Source: Perkinsus olseni (taxonomy: Eukaryota). Taken from it: 32,420 nt of DNA. This document shows, one piece after another, positions 20,304 to 30,300 of this stretch. The DNA is taken from assembly GCA_013115125.1 (NCBI GenBank), contig JABANN010000403.1, positions 1 to 32,420 on the forward strand, written 5' to 3'. The position numbers and the translations under genes were made by a program. How positions within the stretch are numbered: the first letter of the stretch is position 1; every line of letters begins with the position of its first letter. The notes beneath the pieces are model-generated. The model did not search any database. It was not told the DNA's origin and was given only the letters and a program-made list of their open reading frames with translations.

Positions 20304-22075
20304 ATGTTCCTATTATGGCTGATCATACCAGCATGGCCGGCTAGGCAGGCTCCAGAGGATATGATATTCGGCCCGGTATCTTGGAGGGAGATGATGACGA
20401 GTATCGTCGAGATGACGTTACTGGCATCAGTAGGAGGACCCCAGGCGGACTGCTGAGTATCCGCTACCTGGGTCCTTGGGGTGGTGATACTGCGGTCGAG
20501 TTTACTGCCTGAAACATGGAAGAAACCTCATGAGAAGTCTGGAACGTATTACCGCACTTCCGCAGAACTTGTCTTCATGGCGTGAACGGTACGCGTGAAA
20601 AAAAGATATCCTTTCTGGGAGGGTGTTAAATTTTGCTCTTGCAATCTCTGGCAACCTTCGATGACGTTAATTTCCCTATCCTACCAGTTTTTCCGTACGC
20701 GTTACGAAGCCACGCGGAGTTATTGCGTTCTGTCTTGCATTGAACTCATCGGAATCGATCCAGCTGAACCGCTTCATTCTGTGATCAGATCGTTCATAAC
20801 TGCCTCGTTCTCCTACTTTGCCTAGTATCCTTCTATTCGTCCACTCATGAGTGGAGGGATTGGTGGGCCCTGCAAGCCTTCTACTTGGAGATAGGCTATG
20901 AGATCTTTGACACCATTTACACTTGTAAACGTAGTAGCATGGGGGGGGGACCCAACAGTTCGGCTCAAGGAGCGTAGACGGGCCTCGTCCTTAGCTGGTA
21001 GCAATACGCGTATCCGGGCTTTCTGCACGACATTGGGCTCTTAGATCTGGCGTTTCAATACTCCCCGCAAAGCAACGCACCCTCGTACGGAGGTGCTTGT
21101 TGAACATCATCGCATTGGTAGGCTGTGGCGGAGTCAGGAGCATTGCCGTCAAGGCTTTGGCTTCATGCACGAGATTCTTAGGCATGCTTCTCTTTCAGGC
21201 CTCTCACCCTATATGTTTACCCATCATGCGTGTTCAACAGTAGCAATAGCTACATCAGCTTTCACCAAGTCTGATATCCGTCTACTTCTCCACTTGGCCG
21301 TGTGTATGGATGTATCCGGAGCGTGGCTGGCGGGAATCCCGCATCCCGCCGCGGGATGTAAATTGGTGTCCCGGCATTGGAAGGTCGACTCAGCTAGGAG
21401 TGCCATGGAGCGTGCTCGAATCTTTAGATGGATGCTCGCGGTGTAATTGGGAAAAGCGATCGTTCTGCATAACTATTAAGCTATTTCATTCGAAAGTATT
21501 CGTTCAAAAACTGTGTGACACACAGTGTGTGTCGGACCAGTAGGGACGATCAGATTCCTAGTTCTGATGAGCTCACCCTCGATGTCATAAGAGCTCGCAA
21601 CCTTCTCATCGGTGTCAGTAAGCTGCTAGGCACGGAGCTCTCTTAGAAAGCGCTGAGCGTTTTTTGAAGTGTCCCATGGAAAGTTCAATCGCACATGATT
21701 CAGTTTTTGCTGGGTCGCACGATCCTGGTTATAGCAGGTATCTACCATGCCGGGTACTTCTTCCTTTCTATGACGCCGTATTGATAGTGATGCAGCTGTG
21801 TCACCTCGAGAGCCCCTTCGGATTGACGTGGTCCTCACCTCCGGATTGGACCAGACCGTACATCGGGTCCCTGGCTATGCTCCTAGCATTTTACTTTTAT
21901 TTCTGCTGGGTAATTCGTCAGTGACGAAGTACCCGAATTGACGAATCGTCACTGACGCGTCCGTCAGTGGCATATGTTCCCTCAGATTCTTATCAAGAAG
22001 TCCTTCCCGAGCGTTTTTCATGAGGCAGCATTGAGCGTCAAGCTAGTCCCTTCTTCCCTGATCGTCAAGGATTAA
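20304..22075 (+). pseudogene. TLC-domain protein copy 2 (tandem duplicate; intron 1 acceptor lost, 7-aa insertion; possibly non-functional)
   Basis: Same six-exon layout as copy 1, offset about 2.1 kb. The acceptor CCTAG has become CCTGG at 20467-20471. A 21-nt in-frame insertion lies at 21336-21356. The remaining exons are open to TAA at 22073-22075. Confidence 0.6.
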
Positions 22076-22445
22076 GGAAGGTGAGGAGTAGTTTGTAAGT
22101 AGCGGTGCCATAAGGGCGCCTTTCCGAAGACAAAAGTCCACGATGTTGAAACAGACTTAACGGTGTGAAAATGATGTGTTTCTTATCACTCTTCCGACGG
22201 CTTCGTTCTCAGTATTATGTGATATCAATGGAAGACCACCAGAGGAGCGCTCAGTGGTAAGCAGACAAGGTTGGCGTATCGCAGCGGGGTCGGTGCCTTG
22301 ACTTACGGTTATATGCTGATAGAACCCGCCCATACGACTCCATGCTTGAAATCGTAACCGTGTGCTATAACACAAGTTGAATTTCGCGGTTTAGTGCAGC
22401 GATTAAGAAAGAGCAGGATTGTTGGTTTCCGAGTAGTTGGTATAA

Positions 22446-25400
22446 ATGTTAAATCCTACCCTCCTCCAACCGACGCTTGAGGTTGCTGCTACCCGAACGT
22501 CCTCAGCTGCAGCTGCGACAGTAGTATCGAGATCGTCTATCGCATCTGGAACGCAGCAGGCTACTGGACCCTACTGTGTTATATCAAAGCCTTGCGTATT
22601 GGGGCTGATAGCGAAGGAAGCACAGGTTATACGGGAGGACCTGTGTGTCATCTACTATAGTAGTGGCCAAATCATCTCTCGGTCTTCTTGGATGCTGTTT
22701 GAGATCGCAGAATAAATCGGAGCGATGTGAGATCATGGGCTCATATCCACACGATGGGATTGCCTGCCTCGATCGTTGCGACTAACTTCAACTCATATCA
22801 TAGCTGTGGGCGGGAGGCGGCATGAAGACGCTACTTACTCTAGCAGGGGCCCTTGACATCAGAGATCATTTTTGTTTGACGATCAGGTTCCTCTGCCTAG
22901 GTATACATTAGAAAGTCTATTAGCATTACAACAGTTTAGTAGGAATGAGAGGACGGCCCATCTCCTACACAATTTAAAACAAGGTAATGATCTGGTGGCA
23001 TATCTTAGGTTGAGTCTGGGTGGTAGGTGTCGCAATATGCGGATATGAGCTGCAGTGCTACCCGTTCGGTTTTGCTAGTCAGCCGTCAGTCAAACATGTG
23101 GTTGATAACTACCTGCAAGATTTCCAGGATATAAGCGAGTAGGATGAGCGTGTTGAGGGCATCCACCGTTTTCACGCGGTCATGGTTTCCCGCGCGCCAC
23201 GAGAGTGCCTTTTCAGACTGCAGGAAAGTATGGGTGACAACATCGTGTGGAGTCCTGAGGTGAAGGCGGTCATGAGCGGAATTTTCACGCGGCATAAAGG
23301 TGGGTTGATGAGTAGGAAACTCTCGGAATACTGCTCGGAATTGCTAGTGCCGCTCGAGCTTTTACCACCAGTTATGAATCATCAGGCCAACTGGGCCAGA
23401 GGCCGGGCGCGCTGGGTTCACGTTTCAGTTTTCGGAGTTACCGGACTGGCAGTGAAACCTCGGCGTAGACAAGGTCCATTAAACCTCGAATTCGGAATGT
23501 TGGAGAAACTCTAACAATAAAAAGTTCTTCTCCGCCGAGAACTCGCGAATTATTCGGATTGTACAAACGGCTGTCGCTGGTGCCAGATTCCATATCGCAA
23601 CTAGATAGATATCCTACCTCCCTGTTATCCAGGGTAACTTTTCCCGCAGAAAATCTACACGTCAGATTCGCGGGCTCCATCTCGAACGTGACGGCGTGGT
23701 CCCTCATTCAAGCATCGCCCCCTGAGCTTGAGAGCCAATGGCGCTGAGTTATCATGGCGAAAATGATCCTGGTCTAAAAGACGGGCCACCACTATACAGC
23801 CGACGTGAAGGCGATCATTATCGGCAAGAAGAACAACTGGGTCTTCAAGAAGGGCGGATTCCGAATTATGAGAGAATTCGTCGTATAGCCTAGGGGTAAT
23901 CCGCAGTGCCCAATCGGCACGGATCCCTCCGGAAATCTTCCGCCGCTCGTCATGGCATACAACCTTTCGGGACTCCCGACCCGGGAGACTGCATCTTCGC
24001 GTGTGGCGGCCGCGTAGCTAAGTATGGACAAGGGTGCTGTGATAATACCACACGAACTTCAAGTGGTTTCCCCGCTCGAGCTTCGTATGGTGGCAGCCTG
24101 AAGCAACCATGTGTTACTACAAGCTGTGGTATCAGTCGGCTCCAACTCACGCCCCCCTGTCCGACGCCGGAACCGTGTGAGGCGTCGGATGACCAAATGG
24201 TCATCTGAGGCCTGTGGACGGTGCAGGCAATGCTGCCGCGGGATGAGCATAGCCGAATTGCATGCTACACTCCCCTTTCCCTTCTTGCACCACCTTCTTT
24301 CCGCCCGCGATGAGGCTCTGGTTTGTGTTGGGACTTTTATGATTCATAAAATTCATAAATTATGAATACCATCCGATGGTCACCACCGGCTTCGCTGCGT
24401 CTGCGGGATCCGGTTATTCCAAATTTGCCGATAGTTGGCCGATGAGCGGTACTGATAATCTCTCAGGCACCATGATCGATATCGCTAGAGGCGTCCTCGA
24501 ATTCCAAGAGGGCTTGCGGTCGCAGGTAATCTCGTATTGGTGCACCCTTGGATGATGTGTATCCGTGCTCTCAGTACGATGCCCGGTGTACACTCCTTCA
24601 CACTAGAGAAGCGGTACCAGCCATCACCCACATCGAACGGAAATTAGACGACTTCTTTTCTACCCGTATTTCATGCAGGTGAGCTGGAACCCACAGGGGA
24701 ACGCTGTTGTTCTGTTGTAAACAGCGTTTTGCTCAGGCTGATGATTTCGCACATTTTAGCTTTGAATGAAACGGACGACAAGTGTACCTCCGATAAGGAG
24801 GTGTCACCACAAGGCAGCGGCGGCGGGAGGGATGTCAACGGAATGCACATGTTGAACGAGAAGCCGCGTATGGTTGGTAAGACGCCGAGAGTGGGAGACG
24901 GTCGCACGAATGGAAGTAGCTGCAGGTGCACTCACGACGAACACCATGCCAGTCCTTGTTCTCCAGCAGGCATACGAAGCGGCTAAATATATGTGTCGTA
25001 GAGATTACCACGGCTTAGCGCCAGGTGAGGAGACTTGCGTACGCTGGGCGTGGTGACGAGTGTTCGTCTCAGATTTAGTTGTCAACGGTATGTCACTGGA
25101 GGAGTACCTGACGGTCGCTCCACCACAACGCAGCTTCGCCTATGTCGCCCAGCACCTCTTCTATATCTTTTTGGAGATACTCAAAGTGAGTTTGCCGATG
25201 CCGTTAAGGGTTCGAGTGTCCGTCTTAGAACGCCATGAGAGCAACAGTTGAGAAGTCGTTGTTCGACAGCGGTGGGGATTATGAGCGATGCCGGGAAGCT
25301 GGGTAAGAGCGTTGGTAGGTGTCCTGATGAGCGCTGCTACTTAGGTTGCCTCCTGTGACGGTAACCCTGCCTGATCTATCGTCTATGTGGGACTTCGAAA

Positions 25401-25805
25401 GGACCATCAAAATAGCTGACAAAGGTTATGGTATGAAACGAGAGATTTTGAAAAGAGTGAGCAACAGCAGACGTCATTTCACGGGCGTTGTGTTCAACGG
25501 CATTTTGTAGGCGAGTTCTTACTTCTACTCCTCGGCCAACCAGAAACCCGACGGTACACAGGAGCTTCCCGATTTTGACTCGCGCGCGCCCCTAGCCGGC
25601 TTCGGCTTCGGTCTCCCAATTTCCAAAGTCATGGCGAGGTAAGCCCGTCCAGCCACCATCCTTCTCAGCTGGTTTTGTCAGATACTTTAACGGAGATCTT
25701 GAAATAAACAGCATCCCGGGAGCAGGTAGAAGCACTAGCAGGGGGCGCAGGGCGTCTTCGGTGGTATCATTACGCTCAGGCACGGACGTCTACATCTATC
25801 TGTGA
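22446..25805 (+). CDS. Pyruvate dehydrogenase kinase / branched-chain ketoacid dehydrogenase kinase family protein (GHKL-type mitochondrial kinase; many short exons)
   Basis: Spliced motifs in the correct order: ELQCYPFGFASQPSVKHVVDNY, IFTRHK|GTMIDIARGVLEF, LDDFFSTRISCR|LMISHILAL, QAYEAAKYMC, FAYVAQHLFYIFLEILK|NAMRATVE (N box), IKIADKGYG (G1 box), APLAGFGFGLPISKVMAR|YFNGDL (G2 box), GTDVYIYL* (stop 25803-25805). The start at 22446 is less certain. Confidence 0.92.
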
Positions 25806-26719
25806 GGTTTTTAAGAGACGTCGGAGAGTCCGAGTTCACATCAGCATCACCACGACCTTCCAAGATTCACCGAGTCCGCCGGAGATAACTGTCCATTTCC
25901 ATTCAAAGCAATTGATTTTAACTCACTTTGTATATTTAAGATCCTTCGAAAGAGGCCTCGGAGTCGGTAAAGCCCTCGACAAAGGGAGATTTTTGTAGCA
26001 GAAATTCTGCCTTTGGCTCCTGTGATAGTTGATTGCAGTATCACTAGCCTGTTTCTGACGGATAATACTTGGGGCTCTTTTGGTTGGAGTAGTTAGTTTC
26101 AGCACTGTGAATTGAATCGGAAGAACGCGTGGATCGATCAACATCACCTAAGAGCTCGACTTCCTCGATTCTCCGAGAATATCTGAAAGCATCGTGAGCC
26201 ACGTGAATGTAGCATCACACACTCCATCGAAGCTGCGAAGAATCTAATATCTTCGCATGCTGGCCGAGGCGGGCCGCCTCGGGATGATTGAACAGACGTG
26301 TTTGAACAGAGGTCACGAGACGGGCTGTGATCCTAACGTCATTCACATCCTAATAGCGTAAGGTTTAACTGTGCACAGTACCGAATGGGGCCGGCCGTGT
26401 AGGCAGCCACTGACAGTGAATTCGCACAGGGCAGTCGGTGATAGGAGGCCTCCCCTCTACGTCACGCCCAGACGTGACGTGACGCTCACTTGGACGGTGA
26501 CAAGGCCGCACTCCGTGAACCCTGGCCCGATGTAACTGCTTTCAACAGCATGTGAGCTGAATCCTCACCGAACAAGTTGTGCTCCTAGACCATAGCGACT
26601 GAAGAGCTAGCCGACGATCGTTTTCCCGATCGGGCTCGCGGGAAATCTCGATTGGCTTTTTGCCGTGTGCATGAGCGAAGTTGATGATGCCTTCTTCAGT
26701 TCCTCATTTGTCACTAGGC

Positions 26720-27109
26720 ATGTCTACTCTCCTTCCTGTCATCGGACTGCTCTCATGCTTCCTTCACGTCTGGTCTTATGACCTGGCCGGTATGTACACA
26801 GGGAAGTTCCCCGATCACAACCCTAAGTTCGAGACCAATGTCACCTTCCATAAAAATACCCTCGACTTCGACGCTCGTTTTCTCGGTCATTTCGGCGCGG
26901 CTAAGAGCGTTCCCTACAGCCGTGGTGCGGGCAACGCCATTGCTGTCGATGTTGATAACGCAGACCTCCACAAGGCCTTCAAGGACATGCAGGCCTTCAT
27001 GAGCCCTTCAGCTGTTCTCAAGGATCTGCACTACGACAGCAACAAGAACGAGGTCTGGAAGGACGTCCCCTTTTTCGGGAGGCTCGCGATGCATTACGTC
27101 AGGGCTTGA
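26720..27109 (+). CDS. Small intronless secreted protein (129 aa) of unknown function
   Basis: ATG 26720. Signal-peptide-like MSTLLPVIGLLSCFLHVWS is followed by YDLAGMYTG and a compact mature domain. Strong C/G-ending codon bias, similar to transketolase. Confidence 0.8.
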   Translation: MSTLLPVIGLLSCFLHVWSYDLAGMYTGKFPDHNPKFETNVTFHKNTLDFDARFLGHFGAAKSVPYSRGAGNAIAVDVDNADLHKAFKDMQAFMSPSAVLKDLHYDSNKNEVWKDVPFFGRLAMHYVRA

Positions 27110-27366
27110 ACACTCTAAGGGTCATATGATCACCGACCCTATTCTACTCCCATCCTGCTTTATGGCCGATCTGCTCTCCAAGGCCGTTTTTAGACCATTC
27201 GTCGTTTTAGGTCGTTCTTAAGGACATGAGTGTTGCGTTGGTGACAACGCGTCCGTCGTGGCGCATTTGTCATTCCGGAGCCCCCCCCCCACACTAACAA
27301 CTCAAGACCAGCTTTTTGACAGTATACTCTGCTCGGTAAGGAGCTGTTTTGGTAAAGAAACATACG

Positions 27367-30300
27367 TTAACGGCAGACGGTACAGCTAAGACGCAGCGAC
27401 CTTCTCAGCGCCGCTGCCCCCTCGCTGCCGCTTAGCGGAGGGCTCCTTGGGATCGTCCGTGATGATGTCAATCATTCGGCGTTCCGATAGTTCTGGTAAG
27501 ACGTTAGTGGAGCCGACACTCGCCAGGATGCCGTCACACAAGAAGGCTCGGGAGGTGTGGGCCTCCAGCCTGAACAGAAACAGCGGCTCCTACGGTCCCA
27601 GGCCACCGCTGAGGGAGGGTACCTTCTGAGGTGCTTGGCACCATAGGCTACGAACGAGTCCAGGAAGGAAGCGATGCCCTCCATACGATAAAGGCGAGAG
27701 GCCTGCAGAAGGACACAATAGCACGCAGGAGGCTGAAGCGGCAACCCTCACCGGTATCCGTTTGAAGACCTCGTTCATGACCGAGTGGGCCAAATCGCAG
27801 TTCCTGGCGGTGGTCTGCCACCTCCCGCACACCTGAGAAGCACCCATCCAGCCCAGCTTGTTATCAGCCACACTCACATCGACCAGGGCCTCTAGGTCGT
27901 CCTCCTTCAGACCCTCTACCCAGGTGCCGATGTCCAGGTCCTTGTCGGTCTCCTCTCCCTCCATGGCAAGGGTTAATGACTTCCAAGCGTGGTCCTCCAA
28001 GACAGTCTTCATCAGCCCTGCCACAACAGAGCATCCCACAGGTAACCATCCCAATGCCGCCTTACCGGGCCTTCGGAGCTTTAGGGCGAGGTCGAGAGCC
28101 TCCTTGTGCTTGCCTTGCAACAACAGCATTTGGATGCGAGTGTCACGCTGGGCGGCCTGAGACGACCAGATCACGACCGTGCGGTGATGACCGCTGCGCC
28201 ACGAAATTCCACCTCCGCCGAAGCTTGCTGGGCCTTCTCCTTCTCCTCGCTGGTGCAATCCTCCCACAGCAAGAGTTTGCTATCGGCGCCACCGGTCACC
28301 AAGCAGCTTGAAGAGGCATTAGCCTGCAATGAATACACTTCGGCTGAGGTCCCTGGTTCGAATCCCAGGCCCGACAACTTACATCCATACTCCAGACGCG
28401 ATCGTCATGACCTTCCAGAACGGCAGCGCATTCACTCGTCCTGATGTGCCACAGTCGTACCAAACCATCACCACCAGAGGACACCAGCTGCATGCCCAGG
28501 GCCCCAATAAAGCTGACCTAAAAGAGAAGCCATAGAGCGATGCCTAGCACCGGGTAGTGAAGGAACTCACGTTCAGGACAGCGTGCTCGTGGCCCTGGAA
28601 GGTCCTGATGCAGGTGTAGTCCACCAAGTTCCACAGCTTCACGAGGGAGTCACCAGAGGCCGAGGCCAGCACCTGCAATGGTGATGGATGAGGATGAGGG
28701 GAGGACGGCGAGGGCCTACCTTATCGACTGGTGAGAAGTCGACGCCCCAGACACCCCTACGGTGGCCTGTACAGGTGCCGGCCAGCTCCAAGTGCTGCAG
28801 GCTTCCCGCAGCATCAACCCGCCACACTTTGATCTGAGGATGGTACTGATGATGCCCCCGAGGGGAGGGCCGAGGCTTACCAGCTTGTCTTGGCCGGCCG
28901 AGGCGATGAGCTTATCGTTAGGAGCGCATTGGACGTCGTTGGCGGACTTCAGATGGGCTACGACGGTCGCTGCTGCCGAGGTTATCTGCCCATAGCTCAT
29001 TTCCGACACCACTAGGACCGGCCCGCCAACCCACCTCCACAGGTCCCTCTGCAGTCCCTTCGCCCAGTACGCTGGCAATGTCCCACATCTTCACCGTCTT
29101 GTCTTCAGAACCTGCAGGAGCTATCCAGCTCGCGAACACAGACGATCGACTTGGTACATGTAAATGCTTTCCCTGGCCGCCTCTGACTCAGCGCCACGCC
29201 CGTGACGGCTCCTGTGTGGCCTACAGGGGAAGAGGAACCATCCACGCGGCAGCCACCAGTGGTGATGGGGACTCACCCTTGAGCACGGCAAGGCACTTGT
29301 TGGTCTTCAAGCTCCACAGTCTCGCCGTCTGGTCCTTCGACCCCGTCAGGGCGTACAGGGCCTCAGCCTCTCGACCGTGCTTGCCACCCGGGCCAGCAAT
29401 GGCTATGGTGAGGACGGTGCCCTCGTGGCCAGGCAGGGGAACAGTAGAGATCTGCGATTTGGGGTCTGCTGAGAAGCCCGAAACCACCCGAGGGTTCGAG
29501 TCATTGAAACCTGAACCGGCCGAAGATGGTGCTCGCTTCCCCTTCCAAGGCCTTACTGGCGATAACTCTGTCCTTCCCTATCCATTTGGTCGACACAACC
29601 TCATCGAGGTCCCCCATGATCTGCCTGTGCCAATCCAGTCGGGCATCGTGATAGCGCTGGGGCTGGTCACCCTCCGTGACCTCAGCCCTCCACAGGGTGA
29701 GGGTCCTGTCCTCCCCCACCGTACAGAGGTGACCCTCCTCACCCATCGAGGAGATCCAGAAGGTCTGAGAAGAGGAAATGTTACAAACCTAGGTGGGCAT
29801 CAACGGCAGTTCGGTAATTCCAAGATCAAAACCATGAGTAAAGTAGAATATGCTGATTCAGTCTATCTTCATTTCATTCACACAGGAAGGGAAGAAGCCA
29901 AGAGCAAGCATCGGCCCTCGCGGGCAGGCACACTGGAGCCCTGGGACTGTCCACTATTGCTCCGCAAGCGACGACCTATCACCCTGCCCGATACTCGGCC
30001 GTCCGCTACTCTACGCCGAGCGCCGCCGCCACTGCTGTGGGGTTCCCAAGGCAATAGACCGTCTCATTCTCGGCGCCAGGCCCAGCAAGTCCACGCGACC
30101 TACGTGTATGAAATTGCCGGTAACACCGAAGTCCGAGGCCTTCTTCTCGTCGAAGCAATGGCGTCGTATCGGGTCCCACAGCTTAACCGTACCTAACCAT
30201 GCTATACTCCCACCGCCGCCCTTTCCCTCCCTAGCGGACAGTACCTTCCTCGCCGACCACAGCCAGGAGCTTGTTGGGTAGAAGGCACATGGCGTGCACT

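Noticed and set aside
21564-21600. CTGATGA-GCTC...GAGC resembling a hammerhead ribozyme core
   Set aside because: The required GAAA after stem II is absent (TCGCAA), and no stems I/III were found.
29078-30196. 372-aa + strand ORF opposite UTP13
   Set aside because: It runs across UTP13 exons and introns in GC-rich DNA, has R/P/G-rich non-domain composition and no recognisable motif; most likely chance.
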